Assembly: GCF_036321535.1 (NCBI RefSeq)
Contig: NC_087437.1
Coordinates: 95,234,001 to 95,298,000 of the forward strand
Direction: 5' to 3'
DNA: 64,000 nt
DNA from: Camelus dromedarius
Lineage: Eukaryota
How positions within the stretch are numbered: the stretch's first letter is position 1; the number at the start of each line of letters is the position of its first letter. The notes beneath the pieces are model-generated. The model saw nothing but the letters and a program-made list of their open reading frames with translations. It did not search any database and was not told the origin of the DNA. Shown here in pieces: positions 39,342 through 52,500 of this stretch. Position numbers and translations under genes: made by a program.

Positions 39342-42300
39342 GAAAATCCACATTCAAAATACTGTCAGCTTCTATTTGCAGCTTCTAACTAGAATTAAGT
39401 CTTTTAGTGCATAGTTATCTCTTATACCTCCACCCTATAAAACTTGTACTTGACATACTAACCTTAACTGATTAAACTAATCTCACTGTGTGGGTTTTAA
39501 ATTCCTTTATGTACAGATTTCCAGTCTTTGAGGCCCAAGGTAAGAAGTGGGAAATGGGGTTGCAGGTGGGAAATGCACTAGATGCTGAAGAAGGAGGTGG
39601 ACGGGAGGGTTGACTGAGGAGTTCCTCCAGAGAAAAGTCTTACAGGTGGTTTCAACATTGGCAGCATTATAGATGGAGACAATTTTTCAAGAGGTCCCTG
39701 TAGTAGGAACCCAAATGCTTGTTCGCTGAAATAAAATTAAAAAGGAATAAATTAAAAGGCAGGCGATCCATTAGGTGGGGTTGGGAGATGAGAAAGTAGC
39801 GAGCATTATTTTGTAGTCTGTTCGTAGGCTTGTCTTGTCACAATTCATGATGAAGACACAGGGATGTGGTTCACTAAAGTGACAGTTGTTTCAAAAAATA
39901 TTTTGATTTTGATTATAATCTGAAAGGTATGCATTTCTTTTTGATAGTAAAGTTGCTAAAGTATCGCATATCTTAAGTTATTTAAAGTAGAGACAGTGCT
40001 CATAGATTAAAACATTAAGAACAGCTTCAGAGTGTGGAAGGTGTTATTTCCTTGCTATAAGTGTTTTCAGGAGTTCATTTTCTAGCCGTTGGGGTACAAA
40101 TACAAAAACCTACAAGAAATTTCTTTACTAATTTGGGTTTTCTTATGTTTTTCCTTTTATTGGTTATTTTGCTACCAACACTAAATTTATATGACTGTAA
40201 TGTAATGCCAGGTAGGCTACTTTAATTGCCAGTCTTGACTTTGAGCCAGCTCTTATCCTTGTTAGAAATGTGGTAATATGTTTCTTTCAAGTATTGCTCA
40301 GATCAATTAATTATGGTTGTAGGAGCTGTCAATTATTTACTGTATTTGGGAGTAAAATCATGTTTCTTGTGTCACTTGTCATGTTGTATGGTGCTTATTT
40401 CATCTTCTTCTTATATATTTAATTACCTTTCCCAACATGGCCCCTCAAATCCTGGCACACTGTATAATTACTGATTGTGTTTTTTCTCTACTGGTCGTGA
40501 TGCTTTGAAATACCTTTTCTTCGATTCCTTTGTTTCTAAGCAAAGACAAATAGTGTTATTTTCATTATTTAAATGTTTGAAGAACATAGTTTGATTAGTA
40601 AAGTCAATAAAGTTAGTAATTCTTAAAATGTTATACTTTCAATCAGAAAAGTTAACCTAGCAGATTTTTCCTTATGTGAAATGTCAGTCATGACCTTTTA
40701 TTTTGGGGAGGTTAAAGAAGAAATTGTTACACACAACTCAAGTAAAAACATCTTCTCGGTAGTTCTGCTCAGAACACTTGATTAAGGATAAGAAAACCAA
40801 ATAAACTTAGCATCCAGTTTACTTTAAAAATCCTGAATTTTGCAGTGTGAAAAAAATGTTTATTTTTGTCCTTATTGAATCCGTAATACTGATTTTTAGG
40901 CATCATACTTTTATGAGTATTTAAAATTATGATGTCACCAATCATGCCTTCTCTTGTCAAAATGAATTATTATTAATTCCAACTTAGAAGGTTATACACT
41001 ATTACTAATCAATTTTTGTATATCCTTTCAATAGTTGGTAAAGGATACATGATTAAAATTGATAGCTAAAGTTGTCATTCCTTGTTTAGTTTTTATTGCA
41101 TCTCTTAGTTTAAAAAGTGTTGATGTTTGAAAGGGAAGTTGTATTACGTATATGTCAGGGAGACTAAGAAATATTTAGAAAATAAGGTTTATCAACACAA
41201 TTAAAATAGACAGAAGTTTTATGATCATCAGAGATTTTATTGACTAGTTGTAAACTGCTTGGTTAAAAAAAGTGTAACAACTTTCAGCACTTAGAAAATA
41301 AAAAAGATTTTAAAACAGAAGAGCAGACATTACAGCTGCTCCTTGTGGAAAAACAAAACCGTATACATTTGTTTAATTTACAAGAAATGTTGCTGTTCCA
41401 ACTGGGGTCTGTTAAAGAAGAAAAGTAATCCAAAGCTTGCCAGCATTGCAGAGAAACTCAGAGGTTTCTTTGTATTTATTTGAGTTCCTTGACGTTGTTA
41501 ATGGTTTTATAGTTAAGTTGGTTGTAGGGTGTTTTAAAAACTAGTCCGCTAACCTGGTCCTGAGAACCATTTGTCCTAAAATCTCCAGAGAAAGCATTTG
41601 GCCCTCTTCACCCACTAGACTGGGTTTTTGCTTATTTGATTCCCATTTTGACTTCTGATCTTTTAAAATTTTACTTAGATCTGTTGGGCTGTAGATAATT
41701 TACTGGACCTAAACGAGCATAATAATTACATTTGGTTTGGATTGTTTTTCTTCAGATTTTACAAGTAAGCATATAAAACATGTCAGCATTAACTTAAGTT
41801 TATGAAATTTAACCAAATTTTGTTCAAGGAAGATACTCCACGTTTATTCATGAGGTTCTATATGTGCTGGGTCTTTAGTGACTCCCAGTGTAATGGAGAT
41901 GAGTTGCTAACTTCTTCAAAGCTGGCACTAGATTAGTGGATGTGGAGGCTCAGCCATTGAGGGAAATGGACTTCAAATCAGAATACCTGTACATTTCAAA
42001 GATGCACAGAGTAGGTTGCTTTACATTTTCCAGATTCTCACTCTCCATGTATCATTCCAAAAATGAAATATACCTGAAAATGTCCTTGCTGTGGATTCTC
42101 CTTTCCCATCTTAGTTTTCATGTTTGCTCTTTTCTCACTGTGTAGAGGAAATACGTACTCAGACACCCAGAATCTTTCTGTGGTGCACCTGCAGAGGTGT
42201 AAATACCTCAAAGGCGGCAAATACAGGAACAGTTCCACGGTTCCTAATTTCAAAGTGGAGAACTATGATTGGCTGATCAATGAACGATAATAAATCTTTC

Positions 42301-43003
42301 AAATAAAGATATGTTGCATGAAGAGATAACTGGGTGGGAATTTGAATGGAAATACAAGTTCAAAGACAAAAATGAACAATGTCAAGTTCACAACTTAAAA
42401 AAAAAGTTTATTTAAACATCTATTTAAATAGGCCATGGTGGGCATTTGACTACTGGTGGTTTTCATGGTTCATCAGCTGCACTTGAAGGAGGCCCAGGAT
42501 AGTTTTATTTTGAATTTACTGTTTATAATATGCCAGAAATTTTAAACGTTGTCATCACTTAAACTTTCAGATATTGGTTTTGAAGTCTCAGAAGAGTACA
42601 TGATCTTTCAAATTATTGGAGGGGACACTAGTAAATGGATTTGTGAGGACCAAGGAATTGGGCCTTCTTAGGTGGAATAGCCAACAACACATGAAATGTG
42701 TCTTCATATGATTTAAATTCTAGAGTTATGATTTTAAAAAGAATTACACAGCGATCTTTAACTCCTGTGAACTGGTTTGGAAGGCAACTTTGGCCAGAAT
42801 TTCTTATCATTGCCTCACTGACTGGTTGTAACTCCCCGGGATTTAGATTTGCCTCCTCCATTGTGGATTGCAAGTGTTTTGCAAAAACTCACCTGAGATT
42901 TACACTGAGGTTCAGGTGAAGAGCTTTGGAAATATGCTATTTGTAGCAGGGGCTGAACCTCCATTGTAACAGTTTCCATTTCCATTGTCTGAGATAAAAA
43001 TTG

Positions 43004-43026
43004 ACACACACACACACACACACACA
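43004..43026. repeat. (AC)11 microsatellite
   Basis: Read directly. Confidence 0.95.
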
Positions 43027-43230
43027 AATGTTATTTAGCAATGATTCACAGTTCAAGATTTTTATTTTTATAGAGTAATATTTATTTTTATTGCATTGTT
43101 TTATCATGTTCAATATTTGTTTCTTTTCCATCTGATACTTTCCCAGGAGGCATACATTTTAAATTATGTAAAATGCTGAGGATTATTGGTAAAGATAATA
43201 ATCATTTATAAGAATAATAAAATGATTTGC

Positions 43231-43250
43231 TTTTTTTTTTTTTTTTTTTT
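43231..43250. repeat. T20 homopolymer
   Basis: Read directly. Confidence 0.95.
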
Positions 43251-45594
43251 AATAATTTAATCCCTCGTTCTGTAAGGCAGGGCTTGTTAGCATGACTCCA
43301 GCTATCAGCAAAAAGAGGTCTTAAAAACTTTGCCAAAGAGCTGAAGGCTGAGGGAACTCTCCCAAGGGCTGTGTAGTTTGTTAGGAAAAGGCAGCGCAAA
43401 CAGCTACACAATTGCATGTTTTTTATATTCCTTGGAGACTGAAAGCTCTGTTAGGTACTTAGCATTATTATTCTGAAGCCCCAGACAGCCTGTGATAGGG
43501 GAAGATGAGAGGAATTAACAGATCTGAAACTGATTATGTTGGAGAATGGTAACAGTGATTTAGGGCAGATTGTCACCAATTAAAGACTCCTTTGTTTAGT
43601 TGATATGTCTGTGTGAGCTATTTAGACTTCTTTTTTTTTTTCCTGTCACTTAAATATTCTTTTCATTTGGGTGTGGGGGTGGGGGATGTTATAATGGGCC
43701 ATCTTAATTATGTTGCTCAAAGATACATTAGTGAGAATAGTTTAGTTGTGGGTTTTCTTGGTTTTGTTTTTGTTTTTAAATCCAATAGCCATTTTCCCTG
43801 GCTCTTCCCAATTACTGGAGAGGCTTTAACGAGATCATTTTAAACTGGGAGGATTTTCTCGCTTGAGATGGTTGCCATTAGACTCCCCATAAAATTTGAA
43901 AACTGCTTCTAGCCCTTCTCCTGTGTAGCCGCTGGCATCTTGAGCTTGAGAAGAGAAAGAAACACCTGGGGTTTTTTAGTTTTGTTTTTGTTTTTTTTTA
44001 CAACCATCTTTGTTTCCCAGCAAATATTTTAATTAGAAAACATTCTAGTCTTTCTCAGGCACTTAAAAAAATGTCTGTATGAAAACAGTTGTTTCAAGAT
44101 CTGGTCCTACTATGTGCAGTAACTGACTTTTTTACCCTCGAGTCCTTTTAGTGCCTGACTTCGGGTCCTCATTTGCAATTTGAGGGTGGAAGTGGGGGGT
44201 GTGTGCTTCGACTGTATACATTTATAGTTTTGTAAGCTATAGTAATATAGCATATTTTAGCCATGACTTTAAATACAAGTTATGAAAACTACACTTTTCA
44301 GTTGGAAATGACAGTGAAAGCAGGATGTATTTTGAAATGGCACAGAAGTGGAGTTGTCTTATAAACTGCCAAGGAGGCAAACTCCAGCTTGAGGATCTAT
44401 CTGCTAGAAGTGTGGCCCCTGGTATGCCCCTGAATCCAGGTCCAAACCTGAATCCAGGTTTATGGCTTAACTCGCTACATGCCATATAGCCCTAGGAGCT
44501 AGGGAAATTTATTTAATCTCCCATACGTCAGTTTACCACGAGACCCGAATTCCTCTGCAGGACGGTCCCAGTTGGAGGAGTGAAACAGTATCCTTTTTAT
44601 CTATTTTACATATGAAACTTTTGTCTAAAGTTTCAATGGAGCAAGGCATTCTGTGACAAAAGGAAAAAAAAAGGAGAAGAAGAAAGAAAAAGTCTAAAAT
44701 CAGTGCTTTGCAAGCAGAGGTCAACTGTGTCTTATCTTATTAGCCACCACCTCCCAATACAACACCTGGTACTTTTATCGAATAAATGAGTGAATCACAA
44801 ATAAATTCTTAATAGTTTCATGATCCAGCACTTTCCCAGGGAATTTTACCATGCTTTAGAGATTCTGTAAACTTCTGACAAATGATAACCTTCTGATTAT
44901 TCCAATAATGTAATAACATTTATTATGCTATTGATTCTCTCATACTTAAACAGTAAATTGAGCTTAATTTATGGCAGTCCAGAGAGATGCCATAAATGTT
45001 TTGAGTTGTTTTATTCTCTGGACAAAATGACTATAGTGAGTTTTTACCAATTTGCTGCAGAGTATTTATGTCAAAATAATATTTTGGTTATTAGTGATCA
45101 TATATATATTATATACATCACACATATACATACATACATAATCACATATTTGTATATATACATATATAAGCAAAATAGTTTTGTTTCAGATTTTCAGTGA
45201 AAAATATGCATCGAATTAAATTAAAATTTGTCATCCTAATAATTATAATTTGATTAATTAATCAAGAGATCATCAGTTAGCAATTGAGAAATAACAGCAT
45301 AAAGTTCTGGATTATAGCAGCATAAAGTTCTGAACAGATAAAAATGAATCCTGTGTTAAATACTAAGGGGCAGAATTTGAAATCATAATAATTTTTAATT
45401 GATAAAATGATTCCATATTATCCCTATACTCTCAAATTATCAAATCTTTTATGTATATACACACACACACATAATTTGATAATATGGATTTCGTATTTTT
45501 CTATTCTTCCTCATGGGAGGATTTATCTGTATATTGTCTGTCTCTCCTCCTAGACCTTAAAAATGGCATGTTCAGTTCCTCAAATCAGAAAGCT

Positions 45595-45670
45595 GGGAAT
45601 TTGACACAACATTGTAAACTGACTATAACTCAATAAAAAAAAATGTTAAAAAAAAAAAAAAAAGAAAGAA
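45595..45670 (+). mobile_element. Extremely 5'-truncated L1 (~75 bp) with TSD
   Basis: ggaatttgacacaacattgtaaactgactataactcaataaaaaaaaatgtt plus poly(A), same terminus as the 34303-34795 copy; TSD agaaagct at 45587-45594 and 45671-45678. Confidence 0.88.
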
Positions 45671-45679
45671 AGAAAGCTA

Positions 45680-46410
45680 GGTACCATTGTCGACATCTTT
45701 CTTTTAACTTCAACCCCTCAAGAAGTCATTTTGGCTTTTACCTCCAGCATATCCCTCTGCTTTCCCGTTTACGCCAAATCCAGTGTCATAATAGTATAAA
45801 GCCATCATCATTTTTTCCCTCAATTACTATAGTAGCCTTCTAATTGGTCTCTCCACTTCAGTTCTTACTTCCATCTTCGTTTCATTCACAGAGCCGCTAA
45901 AATGAATATTTAAATATGGTAATTCCATCTTTACTTAAAAACCACTCAAGTAGCTTCCCATGGGAATTAGAATAAAAGCTGACCCTTTATCAGGACTGCT
46001 GTGCACTGTGAATCTGGCCACCCCACCCCCACCCCCCGCCCTCGCCAACCTCCTGGTGCACCGCTTGACAACCTGTCCCACGAAGCCGAGTCTCACTCTT
46101 TTTAAGTTTTTTCTTCAACCTGGATTACTTCCCCTGCCTGCAGTGCACTTCCCTAGGCTGAGCTCTACTCACTTTTCAGGCTTCAGTTTAACTGTTATTT
46201 AAATTGGGTTCCTCATTAGTTTCTCACACAGCACCCTGTCCTTTTCCTTCATGGCATGATTCATGATTGTAGTTGTGTATTTACACGTGTTTATTTGGAT
46301 ATTGTCTCTCTACTCCCCATATCTTACACACCACGAACGTAGCACTCGTGTTGACTTTAGCTCCGCTTCACGTGTAGCACCTCGTATTCAGAAGGTGTAC
46401 TGTCAGCATT
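45680..46410 (+). mobile_element. L2 LINE 3' portion
   Basis: ttactatagtagccttctaattggtctctcc...cttaaaaaccactcaagtagcttccca...attagaataaaa typical L2. Confidence 0.72.
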
Positions 46411-49369
46411 TAGGCCCTGAATGCCCTCTATGTCTTGGGCATTGTTCTAGGTACCAGGTATATAAATGGATAAAAACAAACTTCTTCTCGTGGAGTTGAC
46501 ATTTGAATACAAAAAGCCAGACAGTAAAGAGATAAGTATATTCCTTTGATCAAGGACTGTCTCAGAGAAAGGCACTAAATAGAAAGTTGGATTTTATAAA
46601 AGAAAGAACGCGTGTCTCTCTTGCCCCAGTCAGGGTCCCGTACCTCTGATCGCCTCATTCTGTCTGTGTTTTTTTAACCCTGCCAGGCTACTCCTGAATG
46701 TGACTTTTGCTCTGGCACTTACAAACCCTCCTCAATGGCATTCTTTGTCCTCCTTTCCATTTGTACTGGCAGCTGAGAAATTTGGCAATTCCTTACACAG
46801 TGACTAATAGCAATACTTCTTTGCAGATGTAATGCACCATATAAATGGCAAGTCCTGTACAAACACTAAATAATTAGTCTTCGTAATAACCCCGGCAAGA
46901 CAGAGTGTAAAATTCTCTGTTTTGTGTGGAAATAACTGAGCCACTGTGACTGTATCTATTAAAATTACAGCATAGTAGAGGGATATGTGTGGTAACTCTG
47001 AAATACCTGACTACTGCTTTTTGTCTCCTAAATAAACATTATCTGCAAATAATAAATACCCTTCAAATGGTGTTTTACAAATGCCACATTTTTCATTCAT
47101 AAATCCATTTAGTGTAAAATGCAAACATCTAGTTAGCTACTGATATCTTGAAGTGAGAACATAATGATTTTAGCAACCTGATGAACTTCAGCAGTACATT
47201 TTTTATGATCGCTGTGATTTCAAGTCTTCTGAATGTTAACCATTTAAATGTTGGGCCTTATGGATGTATTCCTTTCTCCCGAATGCATTACGGTTTTTAA
47301 CTTAAATCCAGTACACCAACCTTACCTCCCCTTTGTCTTGATGACTCTGTGCCAGTTTAATAAACACGAGGGCTGTAGTAGCTCACGTGATTCCTCTAGT
47401 GAAACAATAAAACCAGGAAACACTGACTGCAGATGGCCATGAGGGCTTTTCCTAGGAAGTGTCATTATGCTGTCCATGTTTCTGCTAAATGGGGCTGTGG
47501 GTTAAGCTCGGACCCAACCTGGAAGTAATTCTCATCATTAAAAGAGCAAGGATGCAGTGCCCCCTCTTCTGCAGCTCAGAGGAACACAGAGGTGCACAAC
47601 CTTGTTTAAGCCTGTTCCTCCATCATATGTTGTTTAAAATAAAGACCAAATAAATGGCTATAATTACTTTCATTTGGGTAATAACTTCTCTTTTGCAGTG
47701 CTCTGTATTCATTGCTAGTTAAGACTGAGTGACGTTTGACCTCCATCCATTCTATAGTACTATTTCAGCATGTATAATTTTTGAACAAAAATGTACTGCT
47801 TTCCTAGGATAGAGCGTAGAGGTTTGTGAGTCTTCAAAAGCTAAGTAGCTGAGAAAAATAAATGCTTTTACCAGCATATTTTCTTCCAGGATCTTAACCA
47901 AAGCATAATTTAAGGTTTAAAAATAAAACTGCATGGTACAAAAAAACACAAGTAGCAGATTACATAATTATTAAGAACATTCATAGATATATTCAGTGTC
48001 AAATTAAAAAAAATAAATATGTACCCTTTAGGAAAGAATTATGATGAAATCATAACTTTATACAGAACTGATGTGTGCATGTATCATTATAAAATTCAAA
48101 TGCCTTAGCTTTAGAATATGATGCCATCAGATAGGTAATACTTTAGGAAATATTTTATACATTATCATTTTAGTTTTTTTTTTTCAGTTGGTTAAAATAT
48201 CTTTCTGTACATCCAACCTTTTTGTTGGAATGCTTTTAAACGTTTGGAATTGTGATTTTATTTTAAGAAATATTAAGGAGTTTTGAAAACATTTGTAGCC
48301 CAGATAACGCTTTACTCTTCTGGGTCATGCAGTAAGCATAACACCTAGGAATGCAAATAGTTATAAATGCCTTTGTGATATACTTTCTTAGCTAGCGCCC
48401 AAAGCATCTATCTTAACACAAAAGAGCTTGCAGTAAACCCTGCTGTACTACCATTTCCTGACAAGGTGAAGATTAACATTGTTTCTTAACACACCTGCCG
48501 TTTATGTGAACTGTGGCAAGAAAAATACAAACGTTACAGCATAGATGCCAGGTTCAAAGTATGTGCTCAGTACTGATGCATTAAATGAAAGAACGATAGC
48601 TATTTTAAAATTAAATAGCAGTTACTTATGCTAGCCTGTAAGTGGCCGTTTGGATAGAGGACTAGAAGTACCACACAAGTGAGCAATGTAGTCTTTACTC
48701 AAAGTTAAAAGACCAGGTAAGTGATCAGTGATTTTGAAAGCCATTGAAGTGGTACATTGTAACAGAGTCAGGCTGCCTCTGAGCATCCATAAAATTATTG
48801 TCTTTGGGAAGATACTTCCTCATTTACTTTCTCTTCAACTATTGTTAAGGGTTTCATTCCTTTTTTTACACCCACGTCAACAACTTACTACTGTTTGCTG
48901 CAAAGTTTCATTGACAAAGTAGTCTTTTTAAGCAGGAAAAAAAAAAAAATTCCCAGTACTGCGTATTATCTTCATCTGTTTTCCCCAAGATATGCATTTC
49001 TAATTAAAATGCCCATATTTAATTAAAATGTTTATTACTATGCAGCTTCTTCAGTCACTTTGTTGTTGAAATAAAAGAAGAATCGTTAAAACCATGACGT
49101 ATGTAATCTGAATAATGAACTCTAATTCTCAGTATGCCACTGAAAATGGGTAGTGGCCTCTTCCAAATATGGAAAAAAATCTGAGAAAATACAAGAATGC
49201 AGAATATATTCAATGACAGCTATTTGAGTGTCAAAAGAGTAATTTCTCATTTCACTTCTGTTCTAATGGAAAGAGGCTGAAATGTTCATTATACCATACT
49301 AACTGTATTTAGAATTGTGTACACAGTGTTAATATCAGATAAGTGGGCAAGTTGATGGAAATGTGTCCT

Positions 49370-49560
49370 TGGTGGACTGGAGATCTGCAATCTAGGTCTG
49401 CTCCTAAATCGTTACAAATTCCTCATTCATAAAATTAAACTAATAAAGTCACATTATCATAGCCTTGTTATGAGAATTAAATGAATGGATACTCGCCGTG
49501 GTTCCATGCACAGTAACTGTTCAATAAACATCATACATTGCTAGCATTATTATTATACTG
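49370..49560 (+). mobile_element. MIR SINE
   Basis: ttcctcattcataaaatt...gttatgagaattaaatga...cagtaactgttcaataaa. Confidence 0.65.
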
Positions 49561-52500
49561 TTAACAGTATCATCATTATTGTTTATGTGATATGCTCTTC
49601 TCCCCCTGAGGAACCTTGGGCTGTTAATTTCTAAAAGAAAAAGTTTGGGTCACACATCTCGTAGGTCCCTAACTACACCGAGATTCTGTGATTCATAAAC
49701 CCGGAGTATTATATTTCACAGATGTTCACCACATGATTAGGAACAAAATTAAGTTTAGGAACATTTGAGACTTCCCAAAATTGGGTAGTCATGAGACTGC
49801 AGTGCATTGATTACAATCACTGGTAAGTCAAACCTGCTATAATGGAGTGGATTTGTTGGAAATACAATAGATTAGATAGGGAAAGTACATTTTACAGTAA
49901 AATGGTGACATGGTGAAAAATTTTTTAAGATCACTGCCTTGGAATTCAGGACACCAATATTTTCTTCTGCTCCATTTCTGACGAGTAACACAGGCTAGTG
50001 ACAAAGTTGGGGCTCAGTTGCCTCTATTTGTGGGATGAATTGAATGTTGTCAAAGACCCCTGCCTGTTCTATAATTCTGTGTTTCATTTAGTTCTAAAAT
50101 TTTCCACAATGCTCTTAAAGAGAGTGTTACAAATTTTAAGATCTCCAGAATACTTGAAATGATGTCTGTTTAACTTATTTTTTCACTTTGTGCCCTGTCT
50201 TTCAACATCACCCAAATAGGTGCAAAGTCACCACCGAATTTTAGCATCCTTTTCTGAAAATGTGTTTACTTGTTCTACGAACTGTATTAAAATTGATGTC
50301 TGGCTTTTCAGAAAGACAGATGATTATATGTTTTGTTTTGTTTTCAAGGATACACTTTAGTTAACCATTTTTTTAGACAAAACCTTCCAGGAGATTCAAA
50401 GATTCAATGAAGCTTGTATTTTTTTTCTAATTTACCAGAATGAAAAAAAAGTGAAAAGCAGTTGAACCAAATTATATGTACCAACCTGTAAACATAAAAC
50501 AATTACATAAACATGGAAGAAATACATAAGGATGAACTGCGGTTTACCAGCTTTTTAGATAATATCTACTTGAATACGTTATAAAAGTTATTTGTTCTCT
50601 TTCAAATTAACATTAAATCTTATTTTCAAAAGTTCCATATTTTAAAATTTCACACAATTTAAATCAAGAAACATTTGAAAATGTACACTTTGATTAATAG
50701 AGATTTAGAGAAGAAAAGGAGAGATTTTTTTTTGGAGGCTCTGTGTTTGATAATACTTATAAATACCATTGGTTTTTCTGCCAAGATGCTGCCAAGCATT
50801 TGAATTCAATTTTTATTTTAATTACTTAAATACACACATGAATTAAGAAAATTGGATACTTTAAAAGTTCATATCATTTTATAATGTGATACATATTATT
50901 TTTTCCCCAAAAGGAAATGTTCAGGACAAATGTAAGAAGAAAAGTTGCTTTTATAGAAGAGAGAAAGAAAAACTTAAATTCATAACTTTATGAAGGGTTG
51001 CCTGTAGCCATAGGCAATGCTAGAGTTTTATGCTTTACAGCTGCAAAAATAATTACATGAGCATTATCTAAGCAACAATCTCTAATGGATTACATTTTGT
51101 TAGCTTTTCATTATATACTGTAAAAATCCAAATAACATAGTAAATGGGAAAAAAAATCCTTGATTTATCTGACTTAGACCTTTGATATTTTTGAAAGACA
51201 TTTTTTTATTCATTGGTTTATTTGAGATCTGATCTCAATTTGTAAATAAGATCTAGTGTTACCAAGTTGGTTTTTAGCTCACCAAGCAGAAAAATTGTAC
51301 AAATTATTTATATTTATTTGAAAAGTTTGCATGTTTCAAAGGTATTAGAAATGTTCAAAGGTATAATCGTAGATTAATAATCTGATCCAGCAAAAGCACA
51401 TGCTGTTTGTTAAGGTCAGTTTGTCTGCTTTTTCTATAAACCTTATATTTCATTTGCTGTACGTTCTTAACACTTGATAGTAATGTAAGTTCATTAATAG
51501 TGGAAGTCTTCATACTCTTATTTTATAATGTGCTAACAGTAGCTGCAGTTTTCACTTCAACAAAGTTTACCTTTGTGTCTATGCATTTTATTAATAAATA
51601 GTGTATGTATTGAAGTTAGACTTGCCACAGTGTGGTCTGATCGTATTTCCTCTTCTTTTTCCTTATAGTGTTCTTTCCAAAGCTGAGGACACAAGCCTCC
51701 TCTTTGAAGTGGTATTTTCCAAGTATTAACGTAGTCATATTGTGCCCAAGTTGTCTTAATATATAGATTAAAAAACCGGGTTGTTTGAGTGTATATTAAG
51801 GCTTACTCAGATCTGTGCACACACTTAGTTGGCACAGAGGAAGGAAAAGTAGAGAACTACAAGAGAAAAAGGACAGGATTTTGTAAGCCTCTAAGCCTTT
51901 TTGAGGTTTTGAAACGAAAATTTAAGGGTGACTTTTGAAATCATAAGTTTTTTACATTGCAGTACTTCATCCGTGAAAGTATTTTTAAATGCCATTGAAA
52001 TGGAAAGACATCCGTCCAGGACAAAATTGTAGTATCAAATACTCAATTCAGTAGATTTTAAATGATACATAATATTTGTCACTGCAAATCTGTGTACTTA
52101 ACATACCAATGAACATTTTAAGTGTCAAAATAGATTACTAAAGTTGTTCACCTTTGATTACACACTGGAGGAGGGTGGGGTGGGGGGAAGGTAACTAACA
52201 CTTTTAGACTTTGTTTTGAAGTATGTACCTCCATGCCTGCTTTGGAAACAGGTATTTAGTAAAGTAATCAAGATTACCCATCTTGTGAACAACGGAGCTG
52301 TGATTGAAGACTAACTGATGCCAAATAATTTGTGATTTCTTGATGTTATCAGGATACTGAAGACAATTATACAATATCAACTATTTTTGAAATACATGAA
52401 ATACATGTTTGGTTTATTTTCCGCATTTTATCTCATAGTCACAAAGTCAGTATTACCTTGGTATCTGCTGATCCGAATGTGTCAACATTAATTGAGATTA

